Below, in pieces: positions 1 through 7,660 of a stretch of DNA of 32,000 nt. Made by a program: the position numbers and the translations under genes. The stretch comes from Candidatus Saccharimonadota bacterium (lineage in GTDB: Bacteria > Patescibacteriota > Patescibacteriia > 2-12-FULL-60-25): contig CP064964.1 in assembly GCA_016699205.1 (NCBI GenBank), forward strand, positions 840,001 through 872,000. Reading direction: 5' to 3'. Within the stretch, counting starts at the first letter, position 1. Every line of letters begins with the position of its first letter. The notes beneath the pieces were generated by a model. It had not been told where the DNA came from, ran no database searches, and worked only from the letters and a program-made list of their open reading frames with translations.

Positions 1-483
1 GCTGCATTGAGTGCGCTTAATTTTTGGGGGCTGCTCGTTATCTTGTTTCTTGCGGCGGTTGCCGGAGATGCATTGAATTACTGGATCGGCCGCGAGATCG
101 GACTTAAATTACTTGAAGGACCTTTGGCAAGATTTATTGACCGGAAGCATTTGGAGAAGGCGAATCATTTTTACGAGAAACACGGTGCTAAAGCGATTGT
201 GTTTGCACGCTTTGTTCCGATCATGCGTACGATTGCTCCGTTTACTGCTGGCGTTGCCCGAATGGATTATCCGCGCTTTTTTCACTACAACGTTATTGGT
301 GCATTGGTATGGGTTAGCTTGTTTACGACCGCCGGTTATTTGTTTGGGAATATTCCGGCCGTGAAACATAATTTTAGTTTGGTGGTTATCGGTATTATCG
401 CCGTTTCGCTTTTGCCGACGGTGGTTGAGTGGTGGCGGACTCGTAAATACGTGACGCCTACTGACAAAACAATGGCGTCGTGA
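1..483 (+). CDS. DedA/SNARE-associated family membrane protein (5' end probably cut by window edge)
   Basis: The translation (…DALNYWIGREIG…HGAKAIVFARFVPIMRTIAPFTAGVARMDYPRFFHYNVIGALVW…) matches the conserved DedA core as I recall it. It is multi-pass hydrophobic and the frame is open to position 1. TGA stop at 481-483. Confidence 0.8.
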   Translation, partial: AALSALNFWGLLVILFLAAVAGDALNYWIGREIGLKLLEGPLARFIDRKHLEKANHFYEKHGAKAIVFARFVPIMRTIAPFTAGVARMDYPRFFHYNVIGALVWVSLFTTAGYLFGNIPAVKHNFSLVVIGIIAVSLLPTVVEWWRTRKYVTPTDKTMAS

Positions 484-500
484 TAGAACGACGCTGGCTT

Positions 501-587
501 GCCCGGGTGGCGGAATTGGTATACGCGGAGGACTTAAAATCCTTAACCCGTAAGGGTGTGCGGGTTCGACTCCCGCCCTGGGCACCA
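501..587 (+). tRNA. tRNA-Leu (anticodon TAA), type II with long variable arm, CCA encoded
   Basis: Hand-folded cloverleaf. Acceptor GCCCGGG/CCTGGGC (one G-U pair), anticodon loop CTTAAAA, long variable arm AACCCGTAAGGGTGT, T-arm GCGGG-TTCGACT-CCCGC, discriminator A then CCA. Confidence 0.9.
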
Positions 588-594
588 TGACAAG

Positions 595-614
595 AACCGC
601 CGAAAGGCGGTTTT
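595..614 (+). terminator. Intrinsic terminator after tRNA-Leu
   Basis: Hairpin AACCGCC-GAAA-GGCGGTT followed by TTTT. Confidence 0.6.
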
Positions 615-633
615 GTGATAACGTGAAGCAATT

Positions 634-1002
634 ATGAAGCAACCAGACGCCAAGACTCTGAAACGGGTCTATGCCTATAGCTTTGCCAGTATCTATCCGC
701 TTTATCTTACAAAGGCGGAAAACAAAGGGCGTACAAAATCTGAAGTCGATGAAGTGCTACGTTGGCTGACGGGATACACGCAGAAGCAGCTAGAAGCGCA
801 GGTGAAAAAGGAAGTAGATCTTGAAACGTTTTTTGCAAATGCTCCTAAATTAAATCCGGCGCGATCCCTGATTCAGGGCGTGGTCTGCGGTGTCCGAGTG
901 GAAGACATTAAAGAGCCAACGATGCGGGAAATTCGTTATATGGATAAGTTGATTGACGAATTGGCAAAAGGAAGGGCCATGGAGAAAATTTTGCGGAAAT
1001 AA
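634..1002 (+). CDS. DUF2200 family protein
   Basis: 122-aa [35 protein letters not shown] … [11 protein letters not shown] … [22 protein letters not shown] matches my recollection of the DUF2200 consensus. Confidence 0.7.
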   Translation: MKQPDAKTLKRVYAYSFASIYPLYLTKAENKGRTKSEVDEVLRWLTGYTQKQLEAQVKKEVDLETFFANAPKLNPARSLIQGVVCGVRVEDIKEPTMREIRYMDKLIDELAKGRAMEKILRK

Positions 1003-1006
1003 TTTT

Positions 1007-1312
1007 ATGCCAAAGACTGTACAAAAAATCGCGACGGGTGTCGTGCATACGGTACCGGCGGATTTGCGGAAAGCGTTGACGGCTGATCCCAAGGTGCTTG
1101 CAAAATGGAATGATCTTACGCCGCTCGCACGTAACGAGTGGATTTGTTGGGTGACGTACGTCAAATTGGCGGAAACGAGACGCGAGCATGTTGAAAGAAC
1201 GATCTCGCAATTAAACGAGGGCGAGCGTCGGCCGTGTTGCTGGCCGGGTTGTCCTCATCGCAATCCAAATGCGAAGAAGTGGTTTGGAAAGTTGAAGATG
1301 AAGGTGAAGTAA
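1007..1312 (+). CDS. YdeI/OmpD-associated (OmdA-like) family protein
   Basis: In-frame ATG at 1007, just after the upstream stop; the longer 953 start would overlap the DUF2200 gene. Motif VPADLRKAL…LTPLARNEWICWVTYVKLAETRREHVERTI is typical of YdeI-type proteins. Confidence 0.65.
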   Translation: MPKTVQKIATGVVHTVPADLRKALTADPKVLAKWNDLTPLARNEWICWVTYVKLAETRREHVERTISQLNEGERRPCCWPGCPHRNPNAKKWFGKLKMKVK

Positions 1313-1321
1313 TGCGCCAAC

Positions 1322-1354
1322 AAAAAATCTCCGAAGTATTTTCGGAGATTTTTT
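1322..1354 (+). terminator. Intrinsic terminator
   Basis: AAAAAATCTCCGAA-GTAT-TTCGGAGATTTTTT, a perfect stem with a T-tract. Confidence 0.7.
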
Positions 1355-1447
1355 AAATATATAAAATTTTAATAAATCAATTAGGCGAATTCTGTTTTCA
1401 TCTGTGGTAGTGTGCGTAAGATTAAAATTTTATATTATGCACACGTC

Positions 1448-2658
1448 CCGAGGTTGCGTATACCTATGACCATTGTGCGTATGGTATTGGCAGTTTGTGC
1501 ACGGCGAGTTCTACGGCTTTAAGTATCACCAATGCTTATAATCCGCTGCGCTTACTTGCTTCTGAAACAAAGACAATTGACGGCACGGGTTATACAACTG
1601 CGTATACGTATGATCGGCAGGGGAATCTGTTAACGATTACTAATCCGGATAGTTCACAGATTAAATATACGTATGTCGATGGCCACTATTTGCAAAACGT
1701 TTCCAAGAAGGAAACAACGGATGCGGATTATGTTTCGATCGTGAATAGTATTGAATATGCTCCGAATGCGCAGGTTTCGAGGATGAGGTTTTCAAACGGG
1801 GTCACGGTGACAAATACATATGATCCAGCCAAGCTTTATCGTTTGACGAATAAAGTTAGCGTTCTTCCGAATGCGAGCAATGCCCAGAATTTGAGCTATA
1901 CCTATGATGCTGTAGGAAATATCACTCAGCTTGTTGAAGGTGCTTCCAGTACACAGCGGACCGTGAATTATGGATACGACGATCTCTATCGTCTTACATC
2001 TGCCGTGGCCACGGGTACTCCTTCCGGCGTCTCAGGCTACAATCAGACGTTTAGCTACGATGCGCTAGGCAATATTCTGACTTCAGATCAAGGGAGCTAT
2101 ACATATGCTGGTACCGCGTATGCGAATCCGCATGCGGCAACGGCTATCGGTGGACTTAGCCTTGCGTACGATAATAATGGAAACCTGACGGGAACCAACG
2201 GTCCATCCACGAGCACCCTCTCTTGGGACTATCTCAACCGTCTCACGCAGTATGTGACTTCCAGCACAACCTCGACATATGCCTATGACATGTCGAATAT
2301 CAGAATTAAGGAAGCGGTTGCCGCAAGCACGAGTACCGTTACAACCCACTACCCAACCAAGTACTACAACATCACATCCGGTAATCCGACAAAGCACGTT
2401 TTTGCCAATGGTGCCGTGATTGCAACGATCATGGGCTCTGGAGCATCTTCTACCGTCTCTTCGGTTCTTACAGACCATTTAACAGGCTCTAGCGTGGTCA
2501 CGAATGCGTCAGGAACGATTATTGAAGCCACAGACTATTATCCGTATGGAGGGATCAGGGTTGATGAGCAGACAGGCTTCAATGAGCAGAGGAAGTTTGC
2601 GGGGCATGAGTATGATGAACCGACGGGACTAAGTTACATGCATGCGAGATATTACAAT
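1448..2658 (+). repeat. Direct repeat copy 1 (Rhs core segment), partner at 3766-4976
   Basis: Collinear nucleotide similarity at a constant offset of 2318 nt. The first ~200 nt are essentially identical. I counted about 26 amino-acid differences over ~388 aligned codons by eye from the ORF track. Confidence 0.9.
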
Positions 2659-3420
2659 TCGAATGCTGGAAAGTTCCAGTCCCAAGATCCAGTATTCCTT
2701 TCGCTTGGCGATGCGGGAAAACTGAAGCAACTCTCCGGTCGCGATACGGTGATGTTCCTCGCTAATCCGCAGCTCCTTAATTCGTACTCGTATGCGATGA
2801 ACAGTCCGCTCATGTTGCGTGACGAATCAGGTAATTGCCCAATTTGTATCGCGCCATTTGCCTATGCTACGGCATATGCGCCTGTGTGGGTGCCTGCGGC
2901 AATCACGTGGACTGCGGCTGCGGCGATAGCCATCACAGCTCCATTGGTCGGTGGGCAAGCTTACTCTTACGCGCACGGCGACCAGGTAACGGGCGACAGG
3001 ATGGGGGCCGCGGCGATGACGATTAACGGCTTTGCCGCTGCCGGTGCCGCTGGTATAATGTCAGTCGACACTACGATAAAGGCAACTAATCAGGTTCAAG
3101 TCAACAAGGCGGCGGGTGATGCCTTTGAAGCCGAACGGGGACAGGCGTTGCGAACCCAGTATTCAAACGTACAGCCTCAAATCACTATTAAATCGGGGGA
3201 CGGAACCAAAACTCGGGTAGATTTTCTTGGCACAGACGCCATGGGGAATATATGCTTATTCGAGTGTAAATCATCAGCAACCGCACCTTTGACCCAAAAT
3301 CAGTCACAAGCGTTCCCTCAGATACAGCAATCGGGAGGTTCTGTGGTCGGACAAGGTAAGCCGGGATATCCCGGTGGCACACAGATACCGCCTACACCCG
3401 TGAATATTATTAGACCCTAA
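1495..3420 (+). CDS. Rhs/YD-repeat protein fragment (5'-truncated core) with C-terminal polymorphic toxin domain
   Basis: Multiple YD repeats (YTYDRQGNLLTI, YTYDAVGNITQL, YGYDDLYRL, FSYDALGNIL, LAYDNNGNLTG). Rhs core end: YYPYGGIRVDE…RKFAGHEYDEPTGLSYMHARYYNSNAGKFQSQDP … NSPLMLRDESGN. A divergent 194-aa tail follows. The frame is open back to 1426 with no in-frame ATG; the only start candidate is TTG 1495, with no SD. Confidence 0.8.
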   Translation: MCTASSTALSITNAYNPLRLLASETKTIDGTGYTTAYTYDRQGNLLTITNPDSSQIKYTYVDGHYLQNVSKKETTDADYVSIVNSIEYAPNAQVSRMRFSNGVTVTNTYDPAKLYRLTNKVSVLPNASNAQNLSYTYDAVGNITQLVEGASSTQRTVNYGYDDLYRLTSAVATGTPSGVSGYNQTFSYDALGNILTSDQGSYTYAGTAYANPHAATAIGGLSLAYDNNGNLTGTNGPSTSTLSWDYLNRLTQYVTSSTTSTYAYDMSNIRIKEAVAASTSTVTTHYPTKYYNITSGNPTKHVFANGAVIATIMGSGASSTVSSVLTDHLTGSSVVTNASGTIIEATDYYPYGGIRVDEQTGFNEQRKFAGHEYDEPTGLSYMHARYYNSNAGKFQSQDPVFLSLGDAGKLKQLSGRDTVMFLANPQLLNSYSYAMNSPLMLRDESGNCPICIAPFAYATAYAPVWVPAAITWTAAAAIAITAPLVGGQAYSYAHGDQVTGDRMGAAAMTINGFAAAGAAGIMSVDTTIKATNQVQVNKAAGDAFEAERGQALRTQYSNVQPQITIKSGDGTKTRVDFLGTDAMGNICLFECKSSATAPLTQNQSQAFPQIQQSGGSVVGQGKPGYPGGTQIPPTPVNIIRP

Positions 3421-3430
3421 AATAACCCAT

Positions 3431-3760
3431 ATGTCTGTCGAACAGGAAAAAATAGTCGATTTTATCGGGGATAACGAGGCTGCGAACGAAGTCGTGCTCT
3501 TTATTACGGATCATCTACCCTGGGACGATTCGGCTAATGAGCATTTGAATTTGCTTCAAAAAAAAATTAATAAATATATTGCGTTCATCGAAAGCGGTGA
3601 GCTCGTACAACTACGGCCATCCGCTGTCTCGAAAAAGAAGGTCATTGAGGTACAGACAAAATATGAGAATAGTGACATCGCGAATAGCTTCTATAAGCAC
3701 GCGAAAGAACGAATGGATGGTAGCGGAATCGAACTGAGATTTAGTTACCAAGGCAATTAG
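3431..3760 (+). CDS. Putative cognate immunity protein of the Rhs C-terminal toxin
   Basis: 109-aa acidic cytoplasmic ORF starting 10 nt after the toxin stop, the canonical position for an Rhs immunity gene. I recognise no family. Confidence 0.5.
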   Translation: MSVEQEKIVDFIGDNEAANEVVLFITDHLPWDDSANEHLNLLQKKINKYIAFIESGELVQLRPSAVSKKKVIEVQTKYENSDIANSFYKHAKERMDGSGIELRFSYQGN

Positions 3761-3765
3761 TGGAA

Positions 3766-4976
3766 CCGAGGTTGCATATACCTACGACAATTGTGCCTAT
3801 GGTATTGGCAGTTTGTGCACGGCGAGTTCTACGGCTTTAAGTATCACCAATGCTTATAATCCGCTGCGCTTACTTGCTTCTGAAACAAAGACAATTGACG
3901 GCACGGGTTATACAACTGCGTATACGTATGATCGGCAGGGGAATCTGTTAACGATTACTAATCCGGATAGTTCGCAGATTAAATACACATACGTCGATGG
4001 CCAATTCTTGCGGAATGTTTCCAAGAAAGAAACAACAGATGCGGATTATGTTTCGATCGTGAACAGCATTGAATATGCTCCGAATGCGTAGGTTTCGAGG
4101 ATGTTGTTTGCAAATGGGGTCACGGTGACAAATACGTATGATCCAGCCAAGCTTTATCGTTTAACGAATAAAGTTAGCGTTCTTCCAAATGCGAGCAATG
4201 CCCAGAATTTGAGCTATGCGTACGATGCTGTAGGAAACATCACCCAGCTTGTTGAAGGCGCTTCCAGTACTCAGCGGACCGTGAATTATGGATATGATGA
4301 TCTGTACCGTCTCACGTCTGCCGTGGCGACGGGTACTCCTTCCGGTGTCTCAGGTTATAATCAGACGTTCAGCTATGACGCGCTTGGTAATATCTTGAGT
4401 TCTGATCAGGGAAGTTATACATATGCCGGCACTTCATATGCTAATCCGCATGCAGCAACGGCTATCGGTGGACTTAGCCTTGCGTACGACAACAATGGAA
4501 ATCTTACGGGGATGGACGGTTCGACTACAAGCACGCTTGCTTGGGATTATCTCAACCGTCTCACGCAATACGTGACCTCCAGCACAACCTCGACCTATGC
4601 CTATGACATGTCGAATATCAGAGTCAAAGAAACGGTCGTCGCTAGCACGAGTACTGTCACAACGTTCTATCCTACAAAGTACTACAACATCACATCAGGC
4701 ATTCCGATAAAGCATGTCTTTGCCAATGGTGCCGTGATTGCAACGATCATGGGCTCTGGAGCATCTTCTACCGTTTCCACGGTTCTCACAGACCATTTAA
4801 CAGGCTCTGGCGTGGTTACTGATGCTTCAGGAACGATTATTGAGGCGACGGACTATTATCCGTATGGAGGGATCAGGGTTGATGAGCAGACAGGCTTCAA
4901 TGAGCAGAGGAAGTTTGCGGGGCATGAGTATGATGGGGATACGGGTTTGAGTTACATGCAGGCGAGGTATTACAAT
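3766..4976 (+). repeat. Direct repeat copy 2 (Rhs core segment), partner at 1448-2658
   Basis: See copy 1. It starts 5 nt after the immunity-gene stop at the same nucleotide motif (CCGAGGTTGC). Confidence 0.9.
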
Positions 4977-4990
4977 GGAAGCGTAGGGAG
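3766..4990 (+). pseudogene. Decayed orphan Rhs core fragment (in-frame TAG, toxin domain missing)
   Basis: CAG (1771-1773, copy 1) is TAG at 4089-4091, splitting the ORF into 3813-4091 and 4101-5132. Rhs-like sequence ends after …ARYYNGSVGR (~4990), before the DPxG cleavage motif. The remaining ORF tail has no Rhs or toxin character. Confidence 0.8.
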
Positions 4991-5034
4991 GGAGTGCTTT
5001 ATCGAATATTTATTTTCAGAATCGTTCAGGAGTT

Positions 5035-5370
5035 ATGAAAGATCAAGCGATGTCCAGAAAGACGATCATCGGTGCGCTTCTCGCTCTCGTCGTTCTTGTT
5101 GGCGGTTATATGGTTTGGCAGGGCTTGTATAAGAATAGTCAATTGTATGAGGGGGATGTCGTTGTTCAGAAGGTCGAGCAATTCCGACTAAAGAATGGTC
5201 GTCTACCGAAGGATCTTCGTGAAATAGGGATTTTGGAAACCAATGATGGATATTTGTCCTATGAGAAGCGGGGAGATGTGCATTACGCCGTATTTTTAAC
5301 GGAGGGCTTTGATGATGTTTGGGGCTATTACTCGGACACAAAGCAGTGGGAAAATAGCTATCGAAAATAA
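5035..5370 (+). CDS. Small N-terminally membrane-anchored protein (possible orphan immunity protein)
   Basis: 111-aa ORF with AGGAG 5 nt upstream of the ATG, one N-terminal TM helix (IIGALLALVVLVGGYMVW), and a terminator directly downstream. It sits in the immunity position of the decayed cassette. Confidence 0.5.
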   Translation: MKDQAMSRKTIIGALLALVVLVGGYMVWQGLYKNSQLYEGDVVVQKVEQFRLKNGRLPKDLREIGILETNDGYLSYEKRGDVHYAVFLTEGFDDVWGYYSDTKQWENSYRK

Positions 5371-5390
5371 ATCTTTGTTCGGTGTCATTT

Positions 5391-5418
5391 AAAAACACTC
5401 CCGATCGGGAGTGTTTTT
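5391..5418. terminator. Bidirectional intrinsic terminator between convergent genes
   Basis: AAAAACACTCCC-GATC-GGGAGTGTTTTT, with A/T tracts on both sides. Confidence 0.7.
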
Positions 5419-5436
5419 ATTCGGTGAATGTGACTT

Positions 5437-5850
5437 CTATGCCTTCGATGCTTCCAGAAGCGACTTGTAGCTCGCGCGATGTTTCCACAAGTAGTAGGCG
5501 TTGAGCACGAGCAGGATGTTGCCCATGATAGCGCCGGGTGTGAAGAGTCCGCCGTCGAGGACGAGGTGGAAGCCGATGATGTTGAGCGTGATCGGCAAAA
5601 TAAGAAGCATGGCGAGTGGCATGCGCTTGGTCCACATGCAGACCAACGCGATGGCAAAAACGACGGACATCATGAAGGTGACGTACTTGGCATCCATCAA
5701 TACACGAATGTACTCGTATGCTTGAGGCGTGTTGTAGAGGTCTGGTGTTGGCGGAGGGAAGATGCCGGTTGCGCCAAGAATCGGCATGACGAGCATGAGG
5801 CTGAGCAGGACTTTGAGAACGATATCAATGACTTTTTTCATAGGTTGCAT
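5437..5850 (-). CDS. Small integral membrane protein, about 4 TM helices, family not recognised
   Basis: 137-aa ORF with four hydrophobic segments. The alternative ATG 9 nt downstream (MKKV…) is equally possible. Confidence 0.55.
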   Translation of the reverse strand: MQPMKKVIDIVLKVLLSLMLVMPILGATGIFPPPTPDLYNTPQAYEYIRVLMDAKYVTFMMSVVFAIALVCMWTKRMPLAMLLILPITLNIIGFHLVLDGGLFTPGAIMGNILLVLNAYYLWKHRASYKSLLEASKA

Positions 5851-5897
5851 GAAACGTTATAATACTTTCTTGTTTTTGTGAAGGCTGTAAACACCTA

Positions 5898-5937
5898 TTG
5901 ACATTTTATTAATTTTGTGGTAATTCCGATGCGGAGG
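5898..5937 (+). promoter_or_regulatory. Candidate promoter plus SD for the 5943 gene
   Basis: TTGACA (5898-5903), a 17-nt spacer ending in TGg, then a weak TAATTC (5921-5926). GGAGG (5933-5937) lies 5 nt before the ATG. Confidence 0.35.
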
Positions 5938-5942
5938 CAGTC

Positions 5943-6623
5943 ATGAGTTCTGATCATGTTCTTTCCATCCGGTTTGATGAGCCTGGACCGAGGTCGTTTT
6001 CGTTCAAGATGCATGGCATCCGGCTCTTGGTGCGAACCGAGGGAGAGGCCATTCTGATCGAAACGAATGCAGCGAGCGTCGAGCACCAAGAAGGTGAGCT
6101 TCGTTCAATGCTTACGCTTCGAGGCGTGAAGATCGTCCCCGAAGTCGCTGCGACCCAGCCTAGTGAGGGTATGAAGATCATTCTCGACCGCTTGGTCGGA
6201 ACGATCAAGCCCAGTACGAGGGCGGCAAATGCTCTCCAAAACAATGGCATCAAGTATATCGGACAGCTTGTACAGCTGACTGGTCGCGACTTGACGCGGA
6301 TGAAGAACTTCGGTGCGACCAGTGTCGGTGAGCTTGAACGCAAACTGTCTCAACTCGGCTTGCGCTTTGGCATGAAGTTGGATGGTTGGACGGAGCCAAC
6401 CGGGTATACCGATGCCCAAAAGTCGCTTTTCAATCTACCATTGGCCTCTCTCGAGTTGTCAGAGAAGACTCAGAAGAAGCTCAAGAAGGCCGAGCTGAGC
6501 ACCGTGATCCAAGTCATCGAGACGTGTAAGCTTAAGCGTTCGGAGCTTGATTATGCTACGTACTTGGACCTCGCGAGCGCTCTTAATAAACTGGGCATTG
6601 ACTTGTGGAACTTGCCGGACTGA
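5943..6623 (+). CDS. Standalone protein with two RNA polymerase alpha-subunit C-terminal-domain (alpha-CTD, HhH)-like modules
   Basis: Residues ~80-150 (…STRAANALQNNGIKYIGQLVQLTGRDLTRMKNFGATSVGELERKLSQLGLRFGMKLDGW) align almost position for position with E. coli RpoA CTD (…[58 protein letters not shown]), recalled from memory. A second, weaker copy is at ~165-226. The N-terminal ~75 aa are unrecognised. Confidence 0.7.
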   Translation: MSSDHVLSIRFDEPGPRSFSFKMHGIRLLVRTEGEAILIETNAASVEHQEGELRSMLTLRGVKIVPEVAATQPSEGMKIILDRLVGTIKPSTRAANALQNNGIKYIGQLVQLTGRDLTRMKNFGATSVGELERKLSQLGLRFGMKLDGWTEPTGYTDAQKSLFNLPLASLELSEKTQKKLKKAELSTVIQVIETCKLKRSELDYATYLDLASALNKLGIDLWNLPD

Positions 6624-6653
6624 CTACTTGGATGAACTTAAAAAAAACTATGA

Positions 6654-6677
6654 CCCCGCTCCTCGTGAGGAGCGGGG
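6654..6677. terminator. Bidirectional terminator between convergent genes
   Basis: CCCCGCTCC-TCGTGA-GGAGCGGGG, flanked by an A-run upstream and T-rich sequence downstream. Confidence 0.65.
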
Positions 6678-6684
6678 CTTTCAT

Positions 6685-7659
6685 TTACCTAGACACAAAT
6701 TCATCCTTTCCCAATCGTTTTTCCGGCGGAGGAGTTTTGAGACCTAGTAATCGGTAGATATCGTCTTCCGTGTGAACGGGGACGAGTTTTCCTTTTTTGG
6801 TTAATCCGTACTCGTTCAATTTGTAACCTTGTTTGATCGCGCGTTCACGCAGCAAGATATTGTGACGACGATCGCCGGTGAAATATTGGAGCGTGGAGCC
6901 AAAGACTTTGTCGGGGACGACGCGCAGATCGCAGTCGATGCCCATTTTGAGACGGACGGATGAGCCGGTTTTTCCAAAGGTATGCACCGTTTCTACTTCT
7001 GGCATCGAGGTGAAGGCTTCCATGACGGATTTTGGATTGGAGGAAGTCGCGATTAAATCGATATCGCCAATATCTTTTTTCTTGCGGCGCAGTGAGCCGG
7101 CGTAGGTGCAATGTTTCACGCCTTTTACCTTTTTGAGATACGCTACAATTTTGTCGGCGATCGGTAGAACTTTTTTGAGCGAGTGACGGCCGGTTGAGGA
7201 GCGCATGAGCGCAATACCGTGCGCGAGTTTTTCTTCCGACTTTGGACCCCAGCCTTTGAGTTTGCGAAGTTTTTGATGTTCGATCGCAAATTCAAGATCG
7301 TCGATATTGGCGACCTTTAATTTCTTCCATAATTCGCCGATATGTTTTGGACCCAAGCCCTCGATGCGCGAGAGGCCCCAGATATCGACAGGAAATCTTC
7401 TTTTTAATTGTTCGTACTCTTTTACATGTCCGGTGCGGAAATATTCGTCGATTTTGTAGGCGATGGCCGGACCGATACCTGTTAGCTTATCGAGCGCTTT
7501 CATCCCACCGTCTTTCCAGGTTTTTTTGATGTCGTCTCCAAGGCCTAAGACCGATTCGCTTGCGAGTTCGTACACCTGCGGACGGAATGGATGTCCTTTG
7601 ATGGCATGCCAATACGAAAATTCAAAGAGCATTCTTGAGAGAAATTCATAGTCCTTCAT
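6685..7659 (-). CDS. Family X DNA polymerase (Pol beta-like core only, no PHP domain)
   Basis: HhH motifs (LTGIGPAIAYKI, IEGLGPKHIGEL, LKGWGPKSEEKL), nucleotidyltransferase motif GSLRRKKKDIGDIDLI, and the thumb region QYFTGDRRHNILLRERA…YKLNEYGL. At 324 aa it is too short to include a PHP domain. Confidence 0.85.
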   Translation of the reverse strand: MKDYEFLSRMLFEFSYWHAIKGHPFRPQVYELASESVLGLGDDIKKTWKDGGMKALDKLTGIGPAIAYKIDEYFRTGHVKEYEQLKRRFPVDIWGLSRIEGLGPKHIGELWKKLKVANIDDLEFAIEHQKLRKLKGWGPKSEEKLAHGIALMRSSTGRHSLKKVLPIADKIVAYLKKVKGVKHCTYAGSLRRKKKDIGDIDLIATSSNPKSVMEAFTSMPEVETVHTFGKTGSSVRLKMGIDCDLRVVPDKVFGSTLQYFTGDRRHNILLRERAIKQGYKLNEYGLTKKGKLVPVHTEDDIYRLLGLKTPPPEKRLGKDEFVSR

Positions 7660-7660
7660 A

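Noticed and set aside
109-642. 177-aa minus-strand ORF overlapping the dedA-like gene and running through tRNA-Leu
   Set aside because: It is antisense to a gene with clear family signatures and spans a tRNA and its terminator. The translation is low-complexity and Arg/Pro-rich. It is a shadow ORF.
953-1006. 5' extension of the YdeI-like ORF
   Set aside because: It would overlap the 3' end of the DUF2200 gene by 50 nt. An in-frame ATG at 1007 sits just after that gene's stop.
1362-1432. Two exact copies of the palindrome TAAAATTTTA (1362-1371, 1423-1432) in the AT-rich stretch upstream of the first Rhs fragment
   Set aside because: The region is extremely AT-rich, so a repeated 10-mer made only of A and T is weak evidence for a site. 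It is noted only as part of the junction description.
4089-4091. TAG inside the second Rhs copy as a reassigned sense codon or programmed readthrough
   Set aside because: TAG terminates well-conserved genes here (tatD at 16798-16800, the FNR-like gene, the putative immunity gene at 3758-3760), and TGA and TAA are also used as stops. The paralogous codon is CAG, so a simple C-to-T nonsense mutation explains it.
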